Below are positions 1-9,400 of a stretch of 64,000 bases of DNA, piece by piece. The stretch comes from Schizochytrium sp. TIO01 (lineage: Eukaryota; Protista; Bigyra: Labyrinthulomycetes). The stretch is taken from the NCBI GenBank assembly GCA_004764695.1, contig SMSO01000031.1:7360761-7424760 (forward strand). Reading direction: 5' to 3'. Made by a program: the position numbers and the translations under genes. The notes under the pieces were generated by a model. The model had not been told where the DNA came from, made no database searches, and saw only the letters and a program-made list of their open reading frames with translations. Position 1 is the stretch's first letter. Each line of letters starts with the position of its first letter.

Positions 1-266
1 ACTCTTCATCTCCTCAGCAGCAGAGCTCAGTTCTCGATGAAGGATTCCTGTCAAACTCCGAGTCAAGTTCTACTTCTAAGTGTCTTCTTCTTCAGAAATT
101 CTTTGGAATCATCATCTTCTTCTTCTTCTTTCTACCCAATGACCTCTCACAACCTTTGTGTACTTTGCGGTGCACACCATATCAGTGCGGAAAGAAATGA
201 ATTGAAATGCACAAGAGTCCTTCACATCAGTTTACGACGGTGCGTTCGTCGTTAAAAAGGCGCCAT
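1..266 (-). other. Possible 5' fragment of a gene running off the window, frame-disrupted
   Basis: Minus strand has ATG at 266, then intron-like DNA ending in ...gggtag and an acidic coding-like stretch (KEEEEDDDSKE.../LEVELDSEFDR...) that changes frame several times. No clean ORF. Confidence 0.2.
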
Positions 267-552
267 TGCAAAAACTACGAGCTGGCTGGCGCCTCCTCCT
301 GCCTGCTGGCCGTGGGCCGCTTGCATTCAACTTGTGCAAGAAGACGATGGGAAAAGTTGGTTGCGCATTGGTCAATTAACTAATTACTTAATTCATTCAT
401 TCATCGATTAATTAGTAAGGCTGTACCCGTATCGTATGCAAAGTAGTTGCTCCAAAAGGTAATGTAAAGGGAAAAAGGATAAGTAAAGGGTCGATCATAT
501 CGCCTTGAGCTCAAGCCAGATCAGCCTCGTGCGCGGCGTCCAGCGCTAAGGC

Positions 553-3500
553 ATGTGGGGCGCATGCAAGCTCGGCCCCCGACACTGGGAAGAGGCGTTT
601 CTCGCTGTGGACTGGTCTCAACGATGCCTGCGCAGCTTTAGCTCTGAGGAAGCTGCGGAGGCTTGCCTCAACTCCCTCCACGGCTCCACTTCTCTCTTCG
701 CCAACTCCGAGGACCTTGCCCCCCTACTAAGTCCAGCTTCCAGTGTAGTGGACTCCGGACGCGATGGGAGGATTGTGAGCAGCCTTGTGAGTGTGGACGT
801 CACCCTTGGTGACGCACAGGTTCGCGAAGAGTGTAGTACTGTGACTTGTGGCGACTACCACGATGTCATCATTATTTCTTCAAGCGAAGACTCTGCTGCT
901 CCGTGCGTGCTGGGCGTGGAGTCCGGTGCTTCTGAGGCCTGGCATGAGTGGATTCGCAACGCGGCTGCTGTGTGCACATTCTTGTTCCTTTGCCAGCGTG
1001 AGGGTCTGAGCGCTGACCTCGCGGAGTCCGCCTGCAGGCCTTTGAAGGAGGCCGCTCAAGGAGGCGTCTTCGAGCTTGAGCTCGACGGTCCAGACTTCTT
1101 CGAAACTCCTACGACCACAAGAGCCGTTGCAATGCTACTCACAGAAAATACCTCTGTCCTTCGGTGCACTGATTGTGTGCTCGAGGAGCGCCGTGCTGCA
1201 AGGCTCTTCGAGGCAGTGCAGAGATGCCGAGCTTTGCGAAGTGCGCAATTCATTGGTTGTGGAATTGGACCTCTCTCGGTAAGACAACTATGTAGAGCGC
1301 TAATTGGAGTTGCACAGAATGTAGAAGAATTAGATCTTACGGATAACATTCTAGGGGATGATGGTGCGGCGGCTCTTGCGGAGACTGTGGCGTGTCTGCC
1401 AAGACTTCGGGACCTTAGACTAGCGAAAAACCAAATTACTTACGTGGGGGCTCGGGCTCTGGCTGCAAGGATTGGGAGAGCATCGAATCTGAGGTCATTG
1501 GATCTCAGCGAGAACCCTATTGGTGATTTTGGTATGGAAGCAGTTGCAAGATCACTAGAAGGCTTACCATATTTGGAGACGTTAGTGCTACATTCTTGCA
1601 CGGCGAACGCGGAGGGAACGTTGCAGATGCTTGTGCAGGGTCTTATTGAAAATCGAAACTCTTCGGCGGTCGGAGGACTTGCAGTTCTTGATTTGCAGGA
1701 TAATATGTTTGCAGCAGCGGCTATTAAAAGATTTCTCACACAGTGTAGCAGCTTGGGGGCTCCACAGATGATTAAACTTGGCCGACGTCAGCGGGAGCGC
1801 ATGGTGATGGCGATGGATGGCGAGGACGAATATATGCGCCGGGGGCAGGTGGTAGACCTTGGCTATATTCCTGCTAAGGTGGATAATAGAGATCAGCATT
1901 GGCCATCTTCGTCATCTCCGAACCAAGGATCTCCTAAGAATGCCGATGCCCTAGCTGCGGCAGCAATGAGCCGTCTAGAAATAGTCTTTGGCCAAGAAAT
2001 TGCTCCATTCCGTGTGTTGAGCGCAGTTTCCAATCTTCTTGGTATCTATGCCGGTCAGGCTCGCATTGAACCACATGAAACGATTGACTCAAGGGCACAA
2101 TTCCAGGTTGCAACACTTGAATTTATGTGTGATACGCCAGAGCAGAGTCAGCAATGTGCTGAAAATCTTATAACCCACTTTCGTGATGGAAACTCCTTGC
2201 TCGCTTTGCTTCATATTGTGGACGTCCGTAGACCACGATATGAGGGCCAAAGGAGCCCCGCTACAGGCCCTCGGGTGGCTACCAGCGTTTCGCCTCTCAG
2301 TTCAGAACGAGACGACGATTCTCGTTCACCAGTGTCTGTCGTCTTACGTCCTTCGTCTGAAGAAGGAAGCTTTATTAGTAGCCCGAAGGATCGGACCCTC
2401 ATTCACTTGGCGCGCAAAGCGCCTCGAGCCGAACAAGAGCAGAGTTTGTTAGATGCAGTGAGGGCCCTTTTGGTCATTGAAGACCTTGGGCGAAACTCCG
2501 ATAGCATTAAAGCCCAATTGCGGACAATTGCAGCAATGTTTGCACGCCTTGATCTCTTTGTACCTTCAGAAAAGTCTGAAATTCAAAGGTTTCTACTAGA
2601 GGCCAAGCTCGCTCGTGCCGACCCTGAAGAAGCTGTGCGGCCACTTTCGCCTTTGGACTCTTGTATCGGTCCAACCTTAGCATGGGCTTTGGCTCGCCTT
2701 GCGCAGTGCACGCCCTCGGATGCTCTTGTTCTGCGTGCATATGTTGCTGCATTGTTTGGAGACGTGGAGCGCAGTATTGCTGCCGCTGAACAAGGAAAGT
2801 TTGCGCTCGGTTTGATGCCTTCGTTGTCACAACTCACAAGCTTTGAAAGTGCCGCTTTGCAAGCCGCGGCAAATGCACAGGATACGGAGACGTTCTCTCT
2901 CATTTTGTCCCAAGACTTAAGCGAAGAGGAAGTCTCTGCCGGGACCATTCGTCTGGCTGGAATTGTGCACCATGACCTGTCTGCAAAATCAGCTGTTCTT
3001 CGTCCCAGAAATACTGAGATCCGAGAGCTAAAACTTTACGAGGAGGATCCCGCCTCGTTTGCTGGACTTGTTGTAGAGTTTCTAAGATTTGAGAGACTTA
3101 ACTCAAGGTGGTCTCCACGCGAACTGCGACTCCAGTATAGTTCGGATGTGCGCTCACTTCCCATCACCCGCCCCTTGCCGCAAATTCGCCGGGACCTTGC
3201 AACAATAAGCTCTTGGGATCGTGATGAAGTATCGGAGGATACCTATGATACACCATCAAGGTTCTTCAAATCTGCCAGCGAGGCAAAAGTAGAGCGTGCG
3301 TATGTCAGCGCAGCTCGCCGCATGAGTGCATTGCTCTTGCAAGCGAGTGGGGACTCGCGGCGGGTTGCGGATGACCCCCAGGGCTACGGTGCAGCTCATG
3401 AAGCTTTTGGGATTGCCTATGCCAATCGGGAAATTGGCATGGTGGATGAACTTTTAGCGCAACTCATATGTCAGACTATGTGTAATCCAACTTTGCGGTC

Positions 3501-5148
3501 TCAAGAGACATATTGGAAACTCATGGTTGTTGCTCTTCGTATTCTTGAACCTAGTACCGAGTTATGCGATGTCCTGTTAGAGGTTCTAGAACATCGTATG
3601 AATCGTGAGGTTGACCCTCACTATATGATTCGCTGGGCAACAGATGCGCTAGAGGAACGTCTCACAATCGTTGCGACGGATCGTAAAGTACGTCGCTTGT
3701 TTGCTTCAGATGCCTCCCTGCGTCTTGATCTATTACGCCAAACGCTTAACGAGACCGAGGCAATGGATATTGATATTCACTGCTGGAATGGAACGGGTGC
3801 TAAAGTCCGCGTGGCGCCTTTCACTTCATTTGAGGATCTTCTTGCTGAAGTCAGTTCTCTTGCCGACCGTAGACTTCGACGACACCCAGGCAAATCTTTT
3901 CCAAAATCAACGCTGCAAGATAACACCGCGCGCTGGAAAGATTTCTGTTTTACTTATAGCGATGCACAAGAAGAGGTCGAGGTACTCGCATGGCAAAGTG
4001 ATGCATATTGGTGGAGATGGAAGCTTGCAGTAGCAGAAGTACTTCAACAAGGAGAAAATTTGTCTAATGGCAACCTCAACAACAATGCGAGCCAAGACGG
4101 TAGCAAGTATGGTGACAGCAAGCATGTAGATAGCGATCACAGTGGGGCAATCCGTATTCGTTTGGAATCTTATATCTGTGCTCCAACATTATGGTTCTAT
4201 TCTTCTTCAGACGTCCTGAGAGCCGAGCTTTTATACTGGCAACGTATGGCTTTCTTATTACGAGGTGAAATGTGTACTAGTAATCCTGAAGCGCTCGGCT
4301 ATGTAGCTAGCTTGGCAGCTTGCGTGCAGATATCAGGAGGAATCGAACAGTGGTTGGACCTTGACGCATCGGACCGTGCGCGCGTTAGCCTTGGTCACGT
4401 TCCAAAAGCTGTCCGCCGCCGTGTTGGCAAGCGCTCATCTAATCCATGGATGACTCGCTTTCAACACGCTGTAGATCGCTTCTCGAGCCATGTCACGCAG
4501 TCAATGGCCCAAGCTATTGTTGCTGGTAGCGAGGCGCCGACGCAAGCTGATCTCCAACGAGCCATGCTTGCTTACACAGAAACTTGGCCATTAGCCAATG
4601 GCCTTGTCTTTCGCGATGTAAAACCTATTTTGTTACATCGTGCAGGAAAACAAGTTTCATTGGAGGATTTTGGGGAAACAAAACATCTTCGTGCACGCTT
4701 TGTACTGAATGCTAAAGGGCTATTTTTACTTGCTCTTACGCGAGATGCTCAGACAACGAGGGCCATCGCTCTTTTGTGGTGGACACCTATTGATGAGCTT
4801 ATGCGGGTTCAGCTAGTTGACACCAACACATTGCATTTGTCAACGCGGAATATGGACCAATTCGAGTGTCAAATGGAATCGCCACGCCAGTTGTATAAGG
4901 CGATTGTCAGCCAGTGCACAACGAACATGTGCAGTGGAAATCCCCATGTTGCTACTGCTTTACAAATGGTGGAGTTTGCGAACCACTTTAGAGTGCTTCC
5001 CTGGCCTCCTCCTCCGCCGCCGTTGTATGACCCACGCGGTGACCCTGTTGAGCTTGATCAAGGGCTTGAAAAACCAATGGATCTTTCAACTACAGCGACT
5101 GTTCTTGCAGAGAGAGTTCTAGCACCATCCTCAGGCTTGGCACACTAG
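553..5148 (+). CDS. PH-like + RNI-type leucine-rich repeat + MyTH4 + FERM-like protein (1531 aa, no motor domain)
   Basis: Intronless long ORF. LRRs such as VEELDLTDNILGDDGAAALA, LRDLRLAKNQITYVGARALA, LRSLDLSENPIGDFGMEAVA. MyTH4 signature DELLAQLICQTMCNP...YWKLMVVALRILEPS. Downstream FERM-like segment and C-terminal PPPPPP. The PH and FERM calls are weaker than LRR and MyTH4. Confidence 0.85.
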   Translation: MWGACKLGPRHWEEAFLAVDWSQRCLRSFSSEEAAEACLNSLHGSTSLFANSEDLAPLLSPASSVVDSGRDGRIVSSLVSVDVTLGDAQVREECSTVTCGDYHDVIIISSSEDSAAPCVLGVESGASEAWHEWIRNAAAVCTFLFLCQREGLSADLAESACRPLKEAAQGGVFELELDGPDFFETPTTTRAVAMLLTENTSVLRCTDCVLEERRAARLFEAVQRCRALRSAQFIGCGIGPLSVRQLCRALIGVAQNVEELDLTDNILGDDGAAALAETVACLPRLRDLRLAKNQITYVGARALAARIGRASNLRSLDLSENPIGDFGMEAVARSLEGLPYLETLVLHSCTANAEGTLQMLVQGLIENRNSSAVGGLAVLDLQDNMFAAAAIKRFLTQCSSLGAPQMIKLGRRQRERMVMAMDGEDEYMRRGQVVDLGYIPAKVDNRDQHWPSSSSPNQGSPKNADALAAAAMSRLEIVFGQEIAPFRVLSAVSNLLGIYAGQARIEPHETIDSRAQFQVATLEFMCDTPEQSQQCAENLITHFRDGNSLLALLHIVDVRRPRYEGQRSPATGPRVATSVSPLSSERDDDSRSPVSVVLRPSSEEGSFISSPKDRTLIHLARKAPRAEQEQSLLDAVRALLVIEDLGRNSDSIKAQLRTIAAMFARLDLFVPSEKSEIQRFLLEAKLARADPEEAVRPLSPLDSCIGPTLAWALARLAQCTPSDALVLRAYVAALFGDVERSIAAAEQGKFALGLMPSLSQLTSFESAALQAAANAQDTETFSLILSQDLSEEEVSAGTIRLAGIVHHDLSAKSAVLRPRNTEIRELKLYEEDPASFAGLVVEFLRFERLNSRWSPRELRLQYSSDVRSLPITRPLPQIRRDLATISSWDRDEVSEDTYDTPSRFFKSASEAKVERAYVSAARRMSALLLQASGDSRRVADDPQGYGAAHEAFGIAYANREIGMVDELLAQLICQTMCNPTLRSQETYWKLMVVALRILEPSTELCDVLLEVLEHRMNREVDPHYMIRWATDALEERLTIVATDRKVRRLFASDASLRLDLLRQTLNETEAMDIDIHCWNGTGAKVRVAPFTSFEDLLAEVSSLADRRLRRHPGKSFPKSTLQDNTARWKDFCFTYSDAQEEVEVLAWQSDAYWWRWKLAVAEVLQQGENLSNGNLNNNASQDGSKYGDSKHVDSDHSGAIRIRLESYICAPTLWFYSSSDVLRAELLYWQRMAFLLRGEMCTSNPEALGYVASLAACVQISGGIEQWLDLDASDRARVSLGHVPKAVRRRVGKRSSNPWMTRFQHAVDRFSSHVTQSMAQAIVAGSEAPTQADLQRAMLAYTETWPLANGLVFRDVKPILLHRAGKQVSLEDFGETKHLRARFVLNAKGLFLLALTRDAQTTRAIALLWWTPIDELMRVQLVDTNTLHLSTRNMDQFECQMESPRQLYKAIVSQCTTNMCSGNPHVATALQMVEFANHFRVLPWPPPPPPLYDPRGDPVELDQGLEKPMDLSTTATVLAERVLAPSSGLAH

Positions 5149-5390
5149 CTATGCAAATTCTTCTTATCGATCACTCTGATGAAGAAGCAATGCCTTTAGC
5201 TGTGTTATTATTCTGTAACAGCCTTTGTTAGACGTACCTTGCTATGTTTGATGATGAAAGTTCGAAAGCATATCAAGTTTATTTAGACAAACAGCCTAGA
5301 AAATATGTAGCCTTTTATTTGTGGAATTTTAAAACTAAGAAAGCTCATCGTTTGATTTTTCATTCATAGCACTAACTTTTGCGGTTCATT

Positions 5391-5687
5391 TTACAACTGG
5401 TCGAAGGACCTAAAAAGGAGAATATGTTTGTCATCAGCTTTGACAAACAGCAAATGTTTATTATCAAAACAGAGAGAAGCGCCAAAGTCCTGGCCAACTA
5501 TGCAGTGCCAAGTTCCTCCGTTGTCCATGTTGTCCATGTTGCGCTTGATTTGAGTGGCGATGTCCTTCTCGACCTTTCCCTGAGAAATAGCTTCCGAAAT
5601 AAACCCTAGTGCTTTTGATTGAGCATCAGGGTCCAACCTGCAAACTTTCACATCACAATGCACAGGAGGGCTCGAAAAGGGAGCCAT
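5391..5687 (-). CDS. Dynein light chain, LC8/DLC type 1 family (98 aa)
   Basis: EKDIATQIKRNMD...GTWHCIVGQDFGASL matches the LC8 consensus EKDIA..IK..FD...PTWHCIVG..FGS. Confidence 0.9.
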   Translation of the reverse strand: MAPFSSPPVHCDVKVCRLDPDAQSKALGFISEAISQGKVEKDIATQIKRNMDNMDNGGTWHCIVGQDFGASLCFDNKHLLFVKADDKHILLFRSFDQL

Positions 5688-5816
5688 TTTGTGGTCTTCC
5701 TACTCAACAACTTGTTTCTCCAGAGGTTAAGCTGTCTTCTCCTTTGCTATATACCTTGTACACAGAATAACGATCTCTTTCTTGATCTTGCTCAAGCCTT
5801 TGCGCACGTTTGCTGG

Positions 5817-5964
5817 CTGTGAAGAATATGTCAGTTTTCTTTCTTGTCATTCATCACTCAGGTGTAGCCCTGCAAATAGCCCAGCTTCGTTGATAGCCTT
5901 TAATGCAGTCCTTCATATGGTTCGACATGGAGATCCTATGCGCGAAACTTCATTGGCAACTTAC
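5817..5964 (-). other. Probable intron upstream of the dynein light chain ATG
   Basis: Donor G|GTAAGT at 5964, branch-like AACTGAC, and acceptor TTCTTCACAG at 5817 on the minus strand. Confidence 0.5.
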
Positions 5965-6452
5965 CCGCAATCAGCATCTGTGATAGTCAGTTCTTTATCG
6001 ATTCCACAACTTAGAAACAACAGCGACAGAATGCCGTTGACGACCTTTGTAAGGGTCGGTCATGTTAAATAAGGACATAACCATACACCTACTTACTAGT
6101 AACAACTTTGGATTCCTTTGCATTTCCTTCTCTTTTTTCTATAGGTACTACTTCCTACTTGTGAACAAGCAAGCAAGTGCAACATAAGTTCCTAGTGAGC
6201 TGGCCTCCTTGTTTGGATTATCGTCAGCTTGGTGATAGGTACCCAGGGACAAGTTTTAGAAATCATGTACTAAGGTATAAAACACAACCACCATGCTTTT
6301 CCTGTGAAAGGGACGGAATCCGAGACGCAGCTTAGAAAAAGAAATGCTATATATTATGAAATTGATAGCTAGAGGAAACTAGTGGAAAAGAATAAGCATG
6401 GCGCTCAGGTCTTAATATTACTAGAGTTGAAAAAGTCAACCACGATAGTATT

Positions 6453-9400
6453 CTACTGATTAATTTGTGGAGATTGAAAAGCTAATGTAGGACTTTGATC
6501 ACTTTGGCGGGAAGGTTCAGGTGCGACTTTCCGCCCCGAGTTTCTTCGGGTAGAAGCAATTCGAATCGAATCAGTGGCAAGAGCAGCATTACCCAGCGAT
6601 GCAATACGCTTGGTAATTGTTGACAGCATGGTGCTGCCAACTTCTGGAGCTAAACTTGAATTTCTTCCACTGTTTAGCATTGAGCTCACTAGAGACTGAT
6701 TACTACTTTCCCTCTGATACAAGCTCATCTTGGATTGGTCAAAGCTTGTATTCAGGTTCATGTTCATCATTTGAGCCTCGAATCGCTCAAAATTGTCAGC
6801 ACCTTCGAGCTCGATCTGGTGAACACTATTGATGGATGCTAGCCAATCATTGAATGAAATAAAACCTAATTCAGAAGAATCAGCCTCGAACACCATCTCT
6901 TGAGCTGCCTCTGGGCTTACCTCAATATCCAAGAATTCTAACCAAGCTCGTTGAATTTGTTGGGCGGTGATTCCGATACCTTGTAAGGCAAACGACTTCC
7001 ACTTTTCTTCTAGTGGTTTTGCATGGTTCTCGCTTTCCAGAAGTTTCTGCAATTTTTCTTGCATAGTTTTATCAGTTCCAAGAATGAGCTTATAGGTCGC
7101 TTCTACTTCAATTAGCAAACGCTGCTTCTTCACTGCGGAAGCAATTATGGAAAGAAAACTCGTGAAGGACAGGGCAGGTTCCAAATAACCTCGTGCATCC
7201 GTGATCTGCCATTCCTCCATTACAGTAATGAGCATCTTGTCTTCTAATATTAAACCTGCATCTTCAAGCATTGCAGAAAGATTGGAAAGAGTAATACAAC
7301 CTTCAGGATACACCTCATCGACACGCTCACTTTTAGTAGACTTGTTGTACACGTGGCTGTGCCTGTGCATAGGAGCAGTAGAGTACTGCTCAAAGACTTT
7401 CCGAATAACGCTCAAGTGGGAAGAGTGCAGAGGGTAGAACGTCAAATGGGCAAAAATATTCAAGAAGTCGGACTCTGATACGTGCATGTCAGCTTTCCAT
7501 TCTCCATCAATTTGAGGAGAGACAGCCCCACCTCTGGACGCTGTTGAGTCAAGAGTATTTTCCGCGATGAGACTTTCATCAGGTGCTAATGTGGCCTCAG
7601 AAAGAGCTTTCTGCGTTAAGGTTGGATCGCTTGGGGCTTGAGTATCAACACGAAGCAATCTGTAAGTCTGAGCTCCAAGGTTCTTGAGTTTTCCTCCTAC
7701 CGTAGTCGTGGCATTCCCTGGTTGTTGCGCAGCGTCCTTTTCTTTTATAAGTTGCTGGGCCCTTTGGCGAATCAAAAACCAAATAATATGCGTAGACTCG
7801 AAGATAGAATGAAGAGATGCTCTGGAAAGTTTAAGTGCAATGAGGTTTTCTGATTGAACAATTACGTCTGCACTGCGCTCGAAACGCCTGGAAAAGAAGG
7901 CAATCTCACCCAACACATATCCTCCCTTGCTACTATCAAAGTTCATTCGATGGGTGTGGATTACACCATTGTCCATCTTTATGCGCACATTTACATCTCC
8001 CGAGAGAACAACCAGAAGGAAATCCCCAACATCACCTTGTTTGAAAATGTAGCTATCTTGTTTGAACTCCACCAACTCGGACTCGGCAGCTACGCGTGAA
8101 ATAAGATATTGATCAGCCTGAACACTTTCTTTAAAAAGATCAATTGAAGCCAGCGCCCGGTAACGAGCACCAAAGGGAGCCTTCTGTTGTTGCTGAATCA
8201 CGCTCTCTAGCTTGCGCCTGCCAGGCAGCCTGAATCTTTTTTCTTGTTCTATCTTCACGCGGATCGCACGATCTTGAAGCTGACGGCATTTGTGATGTTC
8301 TTTTGGCAGAAGTCTTTGTACCATGTGTCGAAAGACCTCAATGACGAGAACTTGCTTGGAGAGAACTTCTACAGAAGATGAAAATACTCCAATTTCATTG
8401 GGTGGAAGAAAAACGAGGTCCTCCCCAAATATAATTGGACTCTGCGAAGCATGCATAGTTCGTTTCGACTCCCCTTTTCGTACGTTAACCATCCCATCGG
8501 CAACAACAAGCATACTATTCACAGGACTTCCCTCTGTACAGACAAATTCACCCTTATGAAACAGCAGAAGCTCAGAGCGCTCGGCAATTTTCTCGAGGAA
8601 ACCTGGGAAAGAAACCTCAAGGTCTGCAAAGACGGCAGTGTTTGACAAGAACAGGGTAATAATCTGAAGCTGATCGGTCCTGCTAACCTTGGTCGTATCA
8701 ATTCTGCGCATGAGGTCATCCTTACCAACACTGTGCAAAAAGTTAGCAATTGCAAAATGAGGATTTTCATGATTTGTCGTAACATCTGTTCGTTCAGCTC
8801 CACGAATTTTGCTATGCAAAAGTAGCGCTGCGTCCTTTTGGCTAATGTAATAGCCCGTGTCTTGAAGCATATGAGCAATCTGGGTTGTCAAAACAAATTT
8901 GTCCGCAGCATAGCTGTTGAACACTGCGCGGCATTCAGCTTCTTGTTTCTTGCTCAGTCTACATGTAAACTCTGGTTGCAAATTTGGAGGTCCAAGCTGT
9001 TCAGAGTCGTGGCAATGAGCGTCATCCTCTTCCTCGCTGATGCCTCTATTTAGAACCATTTCTTGTCCTTTAAAATTAGCCCCGTACACAAAAAGGTTGA
9101 CGATATCAGGTCTTCCATGAAGAAGCTCCAAGCCGGTAGTGCTGTCTTCAAAGAGAGTGTCCAGGGATTGGCCTGTGCTTGATGAAGTCCCCGCTCTCAA
9201 AAGCTCCTCTTTTAGTAAATCCCGGTCCTCTTGCTTGGTAACAAGATCTACAATTGCATGAAGAAACGCAAGACCAGACTCCTGCACACGAACATCTTCT
9301 TCCTCCCCGAAAAGATGAGAACGTTGTAGTCGTTTCTGGCTTGTAATTTTCTCATTGCTATCCCTCTTCTCTGCGTTCTCATTTTCGACCTGCGCTGAAA

